Shown here in pieces: positions 12,701 to 24,700 of a stretch of 64,000 nt of DNA (position 1 is its first letter; every line of letters begins with the position of its first letter). The notes under the pieces were generated by a model, which saw only the letters and a list, made by a program, of their open reading frames with translations, ran no database searches and was not told where the DNA came from. This stretch comes from Tubiluchus corallicola. Its lineage: Eukaryota; Animalia; Priapulida. The position numbers were made by a program, and so were the translations under genes. Location: NCBI GenBank assembly GCA_030141605.1, contig JAQGDQ010000381.1:100692-164691 (forward strand), in the 5' to 3' direction.

Positions 12701-15700
12701 AGCTTTTGAACAATGTAATTTCTCTGTTTTCAGGTGTCATTAAGATTAAGTTTTTCAGAATGAGCAGTTTACTTCCGCTTGAAAGTCAAGCTTGTTTTTT
12801 TTTGCATTACATTTGCTTTTGTAGGTGATCGTGAATTTAAATTTTAAGTGTTTTTTTTTTTTTGAAAATTTACCTTCGTTTCCATTCTTCCTTGGATCAT
12901 TATCTCTCGCTGACATGTGCAATTAATGTTTGTGCTACTGATGCTGCTGATGCTACTATTGCTACTAGCACCTCCATTCTTCATTTGTAGTCCAAACTCT
13001 TGTTCATCATGGTAAATGCTTTTGTTTTTTCCGCTGTAAACTCGCTATTTTCTTGCTCTCTGATTCCTGATATGTGCGCTTGCAAACCAAAACCGTCCAT
13101 AAGTCGGCATAGTTAAATGATGGTTCAAGGTTTAATGCACCAAAAATTTGGTCAAATGTCAAATTTTGTTTTTTATAAAAACGAATGCTTGGCATTTAGC
13201 TTAATATTCTAGCGTAAAATTATGAAGAAAATCTTCAAAAAGTACTAAAAATTTTATTTTATATCCCCATACCCAGTTCTCTACCTAAAAACTAGTACTG
13301 CAATTGTGAAAAACTCGTATTTTCAAACTTCAATAGTAGGTCGAGGAAGCGGTCGTTTTGCTTGCGGTTTTTTCTGTTGTGAAGCCAAAATCTTCCTATA
13401 AAAGAACTATCTACTTTAAACATAGGATTTAAACATAACATCAGTGTGTTCTTGCAAAATCCATAGCAACCAAACTTTTGTTGGGTTTACAAGTGTTTTG
13501 TAGAAACTCAGCAGAAAACAGTGGCTAACTTTAACAGTGATTTTCTCAAGTTTTTTTGTGCATAGACTGCACCTCAACTTCAACATGGATTATCTCAGCT
13601 TAGAAATAATACCGAGTGATAAACTTACTATCAAAATGATCCTTATGAAATAGAGATTCAGGATATGTGAATAACTAGAAAAGTTTAATTACCAACTTAT
13701 GGATGATTTTGCTGTGCAAGCACACATATTATGTTTTTTCTAATAATAGCAATGAATGCTATTCCTATTGTATTGCATTTAAAAATGGTTAAAATGATGT
13801 TTAATCTCCAGGTAGCACTGACTACGAGAGAACCGTACGCTAATCTTTTCTGTAAGCATTCACTTTGAATTCATGTTAATAGGACATGCAGAGGGCTAGG
13901 GTGATGAAAGTTGCAGGGTAGATATCTGGGAGAGGGCTCAGACATTGGCTACCATGGACTGGCATTGTTTAAGGGGCGAAGATAGGAGCCAAAGTCCGAA
14001 AATTAGGGCAGACTATTCAGTTACACACGAGTAAATGACTAATGAGGCATAATTGAGTAATAATTAGTCTAAAGTACCCTGGTAAGTCCCAAATTAATGG
14101 ATTGCGCTTGACCAGACATAGCCATGTGATAAACATGGTCATGCTCGTAGTTTTGGATCTGAATTCACTCATTCTTGTCTTTAGGGAACTTCGAGAGAAG
14201 ACCACCATCGAGGCGACTTCTACAGTTGACACCAGAGGGCCACCAAAATCCTTATTTGGTAAGCTTTATTTATTTTGAGTGGATTATGCAGGCATAGAGT
14301 CAGGCGAGTCAGTGAGTGTTTGTGCAATAAGAAGCCAATCTGTGGACCTTGTGTCATTATTCGTATCATGTAATTAATCTATTACTTGGCATTTTGGCTG
14401 TGTTAGTTTAACTGCATGAACTTTGCCAGGGTTTGCAGAGTCAAGGTGTTGTCGGATCCCGATACAGTTAGCTAACGGGCTGTGTTAGTTTAACTGCATG
14501 AACTTTGCCAGGGTTTGTGAGTCAAGTTGTTATCGGACCCCGTTACAGTTAGCTAACGGGCTGTGTTAGTTTAACTGCATGAACTTTGCCAGGGTTTGCA
14601 GAGTCAAGGTGTTATCGGACCCCGTTACAGTTAGCTAACGGCCTGTGTTAGTTTAACTGCATGAACTTTGCCAGGGTTTGCAGAGTCAAGCTGTTATCGG
14701 ACCCCGTTACAGTTAGCTAACGGGCTGTGTTAGTTTAACTGCATGAACTTTGCCGGTGTTTGTAGAGTCAAGGTGTTATCGGACCCCGTTACAGTTGGCT
14801 AACAGGGCTGTGTTAGTTTAACTGCATGAACTTTGCCAGGGTTTGCAGAGTCAAGATGTTATCCGACCCCGTTACAGTTAGCTAACAGGCTGTGTTAGTT
14901 TAACTGCATGAACTTTGCCAGGGTTTGCAGAGTCAAGGTGTTATCGGACCCCGTTACAGTTAGCTAACGGGCTGTGTTAGTTTAACTGCATGAACTTTGC
15001 CAGGGTTTGCAGAGTCAAGGTGTTATCGGACCCCGTTACAGTTAGCTAACGGGCTGTGTTAGTTTAACTGCATGAACTTTGCCAGGGTTTGCAGAGTCAA
15101 GGTGTTATCGGACCCCGTTACAGTTAGCTAACGGGCTGTGTTAGTTTAACTGCATGAACTTTGCCAGGGTTTGTAGAGTCAAGGTGTTATCGGACCCCAT
15201 TACAGTTCTAACGGGCTGTGTTAGTTTAACTGCATGAACTTTGCCAGGGTTTGCAGAGTCAAGGTGTTATCGGACCCCGTTACAGTTAGCTAACGGGCTG
15301 TGTTAGTTTAACTGCATGAACTTTGCCAGGGTTTGTAGAGTCAAGGTGTTATCGGACCCCGTTACAGTTAGCTAACAGGCTGTGTTAGTTTAACTGCATG
15401 AACTTTGCCAGGGTTTGCAGAGTCAAGGTGTTATCGGACCCTGTTACAGTTAGCTAACGGGCTGCGTTAGTTTAACTACATGAACTTTGCCAGGGTTTGC
15501 AGAGTCAAGATGTTATCCGACCCCGTTACAGTTAGCTAACGGGCTGTGTTAGTTTAACTGCATGAACTTTGCCAGGGTTTGCAGAGTCAAGGTGTTATCG
15601 GACCCTGTTACAGTTAGCTAACGGCCTGTGTTAGTTTAACTGCATGAACTTTGCCAGGGTTTGTAGAGTCAAGGTGTTATCGGACCCCGTTACAGTTAGC

Positions 15701-18700
15701 TAACAGGCTGTGTTAGTTTAACTGCATGAACTTTGCCAGGGTTTGTATTGTCAAGGTGTTATCTGACCCCGTTACAGTTAGCTAACAGGCTGTGTTAGTT
15801 TAACTGCATGAACTTTGCCAGGGTTTGTAGGGTCAAGGTGTTATCTGACCCCGTTACAGTTAGCTAACGGACTGTGTTAGTTTAACTGCATGAACTTTGC
15901 CAGGGTTTGTAGGGTCAAGGTGTTATCTGACCCCGTTACAGTTAGCTAGACCCCATTACAGATTTTAATGTTAAAATGCAGGTAAATTTAATTAGTTAGT
16001 TAATTTCCTGCTTATTCGCCGGATTCACATTTTACCATTTGATTTCTTAGAGCAATTTTCCGGATTGAGAAGACGAGCGAAAGCCATCATCCCCAATGAT
16101 AATGCTCGGTTGCTCAAACAGTTAAGAGAGGAGGAAGCAGAGAACCGGAAGCTGCAACGATTACAGGTGTGTCATGTTTGTCAAGGTATATGTGTTGATT
16201 TTCATCTTCCATCTGCCATGTTTCCACTTCTAACTGCAGGTGAGATGACTTCTTCCAGGTGTAACTGCTCAGTTCAGTGTTTGGCATCCTCATGATCAAT
16301 AAGCGTTTTTGTTGTGCTGTTGCTGCACACCAAAGGTTAAGTGTATCTCAGCAACGCGTCTTAACTGCAATCGTCACGTGACATGTGGGTGAAGCAATGC
16401 CGTCTGCCGCATCAGTTCAGTAACTTCACTTGTTTTACGTGGACATTGCTTAATTATGCATTAGTCTGTGTGTAGAGTGATTTACTATCAGGATCTTAAT
16501 TGGGAACAAGGAAAAATGAATTAGGTAAGGTTCTAGCTAGCTGTTAAAACTGTTACTATTACAATAGCATGGGGTGCGAGGCATTGTCAAGTGTACACAA
16601 ATGCGTTGTCTAGTACACTTAACCTTTGAGCTTTTCACGATCATCACCAATCGCTTGAAATGTGAAAAGGCTTATGTAATTCTTAGTGCCAGTGGCAGGT
16701 GAAAGAAGCAATTTTATGCATGGCTTCATAAGATTCTATTTCAGGGTATCGAAGAGAAACGCAAAGCTACGGAAGCTTTTGAAAAGACGGTTATTGAATG
16801 GGAAAACAATTTACTGAAGGATCCGATTAGGACTTGGCTTATGACAAGCTGGGAGGTTGGTAATTCTGTTAAATATTCTTCTTAAGCCCGTTTTTCAAAC
16901 AAAGTTTCAAATTTGTATAAAAGTTTTGGTTACGATTGGATTCTTTCTCTTTTTTCAGATTCCGCAAATCAATCATTTCTTCTACTTGACACAAGAAGCG
17001 CTAAATCTTCCGTTGATAAATCATTACGAACTGGAGCGAAGTTTTCTTATACCCCGAGAGAGTGCCTTATTTGCGATGATAATGACCACGCTGCTCAGCA
17101 CACCATCAAAACGTCCAAGGTATGCCTTATCGTTAATCTCTTTCCTAGGTATGCCTTATCGTTAATCTCTTTCCAAGGTATGCCTTATCGTTAATCTCTT
17201 TCCAAGGTATGCCTTATTGTTAATCTCTTTCCAAGGTATGCCTTATCGTTAATCTCTTTCCAAGGTATGCCTTACCGTTAATCTCTTTCCAAGGTATGCC
17301 TTATTGTTAATCTCTTTCCAAGGTATGCCTTATTGTTAATCTCTTTCCAAGGTATGCCTTATCGTTAATCTCTTTCCAAGGTATGCCTTATCGTTAATCT
17401 CTTTCCAAGTTATGCCTTATCGTTAATCTCTTTCCAAGGTATGCCTTATCGTTAATCTCTTTCCAAGGTATGCCTTATCGTTTATCTCTTTCCAAGGTAT
17501 GCCTTACGTTATCTCTTTCCAAGTATGCCTTATCAACCCCAAACCACAACCCCAAGGTATGCCTTATCGTTAATCTCTTTCCCAGGTATGCCTTGTCGTT
17601 AATCTCTTTCCAAGGTATGCCTTGTCGTTAATCTCTTTCCAATGTATGCCTTATCGTTAATCTCTTTCCAAAGTATGCCTTATCATGAATCTCTTTCCAA
17701 GTTATGCCTTATCGTTAATCTCTATCCAAGGTATGCCTTATCGTTAATCTCTTTCCCAGGTATGCCTTGTCGTTAATCTCTTTCCAAGGTATGCCTTGTC
17801 GTTAATCTCTTTCCAAGTTATGCCTTATCGTTAATCTCTTTTTAAGGTATGCCTTATCGTTAATCTCTATCCAAGGTATGCCTTATCGTTAATCTCTTTC
17901 CAAGGTATGCCTTATCGTTAATCTCTTTCTAAGGTATGCCTTATCGTTAATCTCTATCCAAGGTATGCATTATCGTTAATCTCTTTCCAAGGTATGCATT
18001 ATCGTTAATCTCTTTCCAAGGTATGCCTTATCGTTAATCTCTTTCCAAGGTATGCCTTACCGTTAATCTCTTTCCAAGGTATGCCTTATCGTTAATCTCT
18101 TTCCAAGGTATGCCTTATCGTTAATCTCTTTCCTAGGTATGCCTTATCGTTAATCTCTTTCCAAGGTATGCCTTATCGTTAATCTCTTTCCAAGGTATGC
18201 CTTATCGTTAATCTCTTTCCAAGGTATGCCTTATCGTTAATCTCTTTCCAAGGTATGCCTTATCGTTAATCTCTTTCCAAGGTATGCCTTATCGTTAATC
18301 TCTTTCCAAGTTATGCCTTATCGTTAATCTCTTTCCAAGGTATGCCTTATCGTTAATCTCTTTCCAAGGTATGCCTTATCGTTAATCTCTTTCCCAGGTA
18401 TGCCTTGTCGTTAATCTCTTTCCAATGTATGCCTTATCGTTAATCTCTTTCCAAAGTATGCCTTATCATGAATCTCTTTCCAAGTTATGCCTTATCGTTA
18501 ATCTCTATCCAAGGTATGCCTTATCGTTAATCTCTTTCCCAGGTATGCCTTGTCGTTAATCTCTTTCCAAGGTATGCCTTGTCGTTAATCTCTTTCCAAG
18601 TTATGCCTTATCGTTAATCTCTTTCTAAGGTATGCCTTATCGTTAATCTCTATCCAAGGTATGCCTTATCGTTAATCTCTTTCCAAGGTATGCCTTATCG

Positions 18701-21700
18701 TTAATCTCTTTCTAAGGTATGCCTTATCGTTAATCTCTATCCAAGGTATGGCCTGTCGTTAATCTCTTTCCAAGGTATGCCTTATTGTTAATCTCTATCC
18801 AAGGTATGCCTTATCATGAATCTCTTTCCAAGGTAAGCCTTATTGTTAATCTCTTTCCAAGGTATGCATTATCGTTAATCTCTTTCCAAGGTATGCATTA
18901 TCGTTAATCTCTTTCCAAGGTATGCCTTATCGTTAATCTCTTTCCAAGGTATGCCTTACCGTTAATCTCTTTCCAAGGTATGCCTTATCGTTAATCTCTT
19001 TCCAAGGTATGCCTTATCGTTAATCTCTTTCCAAGGTATGCCTTATCGTTAATCTCTTTCCAAGGTATGCCTTATCGTTAATCTCTTTCCAAGGTATGCC
19101 TTATCGTTAATCTCTTTCCAAGTTATGCCTTATCGTTAATCTCTTTCCAAGGTATGCCTTATCGTTAATCTCTTTCCAAGGTATGCCTTATCGTTTATCT
19201 CTTTCCAAGTTATGCCTTATCGTTAATCTCTTTCCAAGGTATGCCTTATCGTTAATCTCTTTCCAAGGTATGCCTTATCGTTAATCTCTTTCCCAGGTAT
19301 GCCTTGTCGTTAATCTCTTTCCAAGGTATGCCTTGTCGTTAATCTCTTTCCCAGGTATGCCTTGTCGTTAATCTCTTTCCAAGGTATGCCTTGTCGTTAA
19401 TCTCTTTCCAATGTATGCCTTATCGTTAATCTCTTTCCAAAGTATGCCTTATCATGAATCTCTTTCCAAGTTATGCCTTATCGTTAATCTCTTTCCAAGG
19501 TATGCCTTATCGTTAATCTCTTTCCAAGGTATGCCTTATCGTTAATCTCTTTCCAAGGTATGCCTTATCGTTAATCTCTTTCCAAGGTATGCCTTATCGT
19601 TAATCTCTTTCCCAGGTATGCCTTGTCGTTAATCTCTTTCCAAGGTATGCCTTGTCGTTAATCTCTTTCCAATGTATGCCTTATCGTTAATCTCTTTCCA
19701 AAGTATGCCTTATCATGAATCTCTTTCCAAGTTATGCCTTATCGTTAATCTCTATCCAAGGTATGCCTTATCGTTAATCTCTTTCCAAGGTATGCCTTAT
19801 TGTTAATCTCTTTCCAAGGTATGGCCTGTCGTTAATCTCTAGGAACCAGAGCTGTGCCATTTCAGCTGAGCTCCAGTCGGTTTGTTTGTGCAGTCAACCT
19901 AGCCGATAAGAAACCCAGCATTAGTCGGGCTAGCTGCTCAGTCATGGAAGTCGAACTAGCCCACATTTTTTCCGGCTGCGAAGATTTTTGCTTTTGCGAT
20001 AATCATGTGACACTGCAAATCACTGGTTGAAATATGGCAAACGCATTGCGAATTCGTGGTCAGATTATGCATGTGCTGGTAGAGATACTAAACTTTAGAA
20101 ATTTTTGAACGAGAGCTGGTCAATTCAAAATTAAATCCACAAATAGGCAACGTTAGTCACACATATGGGATCATTTTGGTGTTTTGGTGCTGATTCATTG
20201 TAATCAAGATAAGAGTTGGATTTAAATTATATTTGCAATAAATCCATTGCTTTCTTATAATGATAAAAAATTAATCTCTAATGCATTATTTGAATTTGTA
20301 CATCAGCTTTTTTCTGTGAATAAAAGCCACACAAATTATTTAAAAAATGTATCTCCATACCATAACAGTTAGCTAACAATTTATCATTTATTTAGTTAAC
20401 TAACATTCGCAGCTACAGCTGAATTAGCTGATTTTTTTAAGCCTACTCAGCAGACTGATTTACTGTGTGAGTCTGCTGATGTAGTAGCAACAACTGACTC
20501 AGCTTCAGTCGACCTAGCTGATTTACTGTGTAAGTCAGCTGATGTAGTTGCAGCAGACTCAACTTCAGCCGAGCTAGCTGATTTACTGTATGAGTCAGCT
20601 GATGTAGTAGCAACTGACTCAGTTCAGTCGACCTAGCTGATTTACTGTGTAAGTCAGCTGATCTAGTTGCAACTGACTCAGCTTCAGCGGAGCTAGCTGA
20701 TTTACTGTGTGAGTCAGCTGATGTAGTAGCAACTGACTCAACTTCAGCCGAGCTAGCTGATTTACTGTGTGTTAGCTAATATAGTAGCAACTGACTCAGC
20801 TTCAGTCGCGCTAGCTGATTTACTGTGCAAGTCAGCTGATGTAGCAGCAAGTGACTCAACTTCAGCCGAGCTAGCTGATTTACTGTGTGAGTCAGCTGAT
20901 GTAGTAGCAACTGACTCAACTTCAGCCGAGCTAGCTGATTTACTGTGTGAATCAGCTGATATAGTAGCAACTTACTCAGCTTTAGTCGAGCTAGCTGATT
21001 TACTGTGTGTGTCAGCTGATGTAGTAGCAACTTACTCAGCTTCAGTCGAGCTAGCTGATTTGCTGTGTGAGTCAGCTGATATAGTAGCAACTTACTCAGC
21101 TTCAGTCGAGCTAGCTGATTTACTGTGTGAGTCAGCTAATGTAGTAGCAACTTACTCAGCTTCAACCGAGCTAGCTGATTTACTGCGTGAGTCAGAGCTG
21201 ATGTAGTAGCAACTTACTCAGCTTCATTCGAGCTAGCTGATTTGCTGTGTGAGTCAGCTGATGTAGTAGCAACTTACTCAGCTTCAACCGAGCTAGCTGA
21301 TTTACTGTGTGAGTCAGCTGATGTAGTAGCAACTTACTCAGCTTCAACCGAGCTAGCTGATTTACTGCGTGAGTCAGAGCTGATGTAGTAGCAACTTACT
21401 CAGCTTCAGTCGAGCTAGCTGATTTACTGTGTGAGTCAGCTGATGTAGTAGCAACTTACTCAGCTTCAACCGAGCTAGCTGATTTACTGCGTGAGTCAGA
21501 GCTGATGTAGTAGCAACTTACTCAGCTTCAGTCGAGCTAGCTGATTTACTGTGTGAGTCAGCTGATGTAGTAGCAACTTACTCAGCTTCAACCGAGCTAG
21601 CCGATTTTGTGTGAATCAGCTAATGTAGTAGCAACTGACTCAGCTTCAGCCGAGCTAGCCGATTTACTGTGTGAGTCAGCTGATGTAGTAGCAAATGACT

Positions 21701-24700
21701 GAACTTCAGCCGAGCTAGCTGATTTACTGTGTGAGTCAGTTGATGTAGTAGCAACTTACTCAGCTTCAGTCGAGCTAGCTGATTTACTGTGTGAGTCAGC
21801 TGATGTAGTAGCAACTTACTCAGCTTCAGTCGAGCTAGCTGATTTACTGTGTGAGTCAGCTGATGTAGTAGCAACTTACTCAGCTTCAGCCGAGCTAGCT
21901 GATTTACTGTGTGAGTCAGTTGATGTAGTAGCAAATGACTGAACTACAGCTGCTATTTATCTCTTCTGTTTTACCTTGCTGTATTTTTTCGAAAAAACTT
22001 TGCTTCGCTATGTTGTGTTATGCACTGTATGTAAAGTAACATCATTTTTCCAATATTTCAGGCTTGATAAAAAGCCACCTATGCCATATCGAATCTGGTC
22101 TAAAAGACTAAAGGCTAAAGTCTCCCGGTGGTATAAAGTATTGAAGGACAGAGGATACGACAAGCTGAAGGTATCCCATGTTGCCGTTACTTTGTTTTTC
22201 TTCAGTTTGTAATTTGAATAACTACCAGCTGACCACACGTGTTATAAAGCACTAGTTTGTACTTATGATCTTGTAACATAATAGATCTTGCCTGTATTAA
22301 GTATTGTTATTTGGAAACGTCTTAAAAGTTTTATTTTTATTTGTGCCATTTGTGTTTTGCTTTTTCAGTGCAGCTGAGTTTCGAGTCACTTAATTTTTTT
22401 GCATTAAATAGGGTATATTTTCATACTCCTGACACTCTTGTTTGAAAATTTATACACTTTTGAAGATATACTCTAAATCAGTGTTTGCCATGCTTAGGAT
22501 CCTGACCCAAACTTGCTTGGAATGCATCTGTCTTTTGTGGGCAAAAAAATTTAAAAAGACTACTCTTTTTAGCGTTTACGGTTTCTTGAGGACATTTGAG
22601 CAAATCAAACATGTATTGTCAAACAAGCAAATATTTTGCTTGTCAAGTATGGGCTTGCAGTTGCTTTATCTGTTAAAGAAGTATTTTAAGTTCAAATAAT
22701 CTCAAGACTATAATATCGCATCATATTGATATTAATCTAATTGTTAAGAATAAAAATTGTAGGTAAGGCAGTGTTTATTTGGCTTGTGCACACATTTTTT
22801 TATTATTATTATTATTATCACATTCAGTACAATATATAAAGCACATAGTGACATCAAAATTATTACATATACTATATTAAATTGTTATGTTTCATATCAT
22901 AAAATAATAATTGTACTGCAGTGGGCTAGAGAAGCAAAGGCTTGTATAAGCCCACTGTCATGTGAACCCGATAAGAAAAAAGAATGGATGAGTGAACAAA
23001 AAAAGAACCGGGAGAATGGTTAGATCACACAGGAAAGGTAGAAGGATGTGTTAGTGGAAATGGTAGAAAAAAGATAACAGATTGCGCTATGTTGACATCA
23101 GCTCTAGAGAATTATCAATGATGCCTTGTTGTGCATAATCTGTACCAGGATTGTGGTATGACTGCTGCACATTCAAAATAAAAGATCAAGCTTGGACAGT
23201 AGTACGTCCAATAGGGCACGAAAATAGGGTGTTATCACACCAGATATCTGGTTTATATTGCATGTATGTGGCTTCATGTGAAGGTTCCATTTGAAGCCAT
23301 TTTGTCAGCAGTCTGATACCAAATCCCGAGATGTGAACACTGACCAATTCACTATCAGAACAGCAATATAATGTTAGAGTTGTTACCAGACTATCAACTG
23401 AGTGATTGAGCAAAAAGAAATTCTAAGAAAATTATTTATGTTTCTCTTTAAATTTTGATCTTTGTGTTTCTTGCAGGCTTCACAGAAGTTTGGCTTTGAT
23501 CCAAGAATCTTTGACGTATTAGGTAGAAATTTAATTTCTCACTATACTGCTTCTTAAACTTTTCCTATGAAAACTACGGTAAATTGCGTATAACTTAACC
23601 CGTTATCTCGAATTCCTTCGTATCTCGAACAAATCTCATAGAGCGAATTTTCCATTTCAGTTCTCTTTTTAACAAACACCGTGTAACTCAAAATCTGTAA
23701 CTTGAACTATCGCGTAACTCAAACCAAATAAATAAGAATATAACTATAATTACCTCGCTTATTTCGAGCAACCTCTCAAGTGAAAAATCTTATGTGAAAC
23801 TGTGCATCGCATTACGATTTCAGCAAAAATGCTAAGATTTCTTGCGTTACCTTAGCAAAGCGCTGAACACAATATGACTTAACAAACGTGGTTTAATGTA
23901 GATCACAACATTATTATTGCTGAACTCTATTAACTATGCCTCTCAAACTACAATAGAGATGGACCTGTTATTTTATTTTTGATTATTCGTAAAAACTGTT
24001 GTTTGATATTTGATTAAAGGCTCAGTTTGTCATTTTCACAGGCTGTAGTCTTACTAACAGACTGTCCAGCATTGATGAGTGACTCAATCTTGTTTTCTTA
24101 CGAATATTATCTAACTCATACCCTCGTATAATCGAACAATTTTTCCGGGCATAGGAGAATTGTGCTGTATTGTGTTTGTACCATGTTTTGTACTGTGCTT
24201 TGTACTATGTTCTGTACTGGGTTTTGTACTATGTTCTGTACTATATTTCGTACTGTTTTTTCAATTAAGAACTGCATGGCATAGTTTTAGTTTTTTTACC
24301 TAGCCTAGTGTAATTGAGGACAGATCCAGACTTACGTTTAACTTTACATACCTAAGCTTAAGACGTGCTTTCCAATTATTGGTCTTGGTAAAATTTGACC
24401 CTAGCAAATGCACTCAGTCCTTGGGTTAATACTATTATACTCATTTTCTATGCAAACTTTTTACTGACCTAGGACTACAGCCTAGCAAATGCACTCAGTC
24501 CTTGGGTTAATACTATTATACTCATTTTCTTTGCAAACTTTTTACTGACCTAGGACTACAGCCTAGCAAATGCACTCAGTCCTTGGGTTAATACTATTAT
24601 ACTCATTTTCTTTGCAAACTTTTTACTGACCTAGGACTACAGCCTAGCAAATGCACTCAATCTCTGGGTTAATACTATTATACCCATTTTCTTTGCAAAC

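Noticed and set aside
20769-21934. Repetitive ELADLLCESAD and LARLKLS ORFs
   Set aside because: 60-bp array with frameshifting units; not part of the spliced gene.
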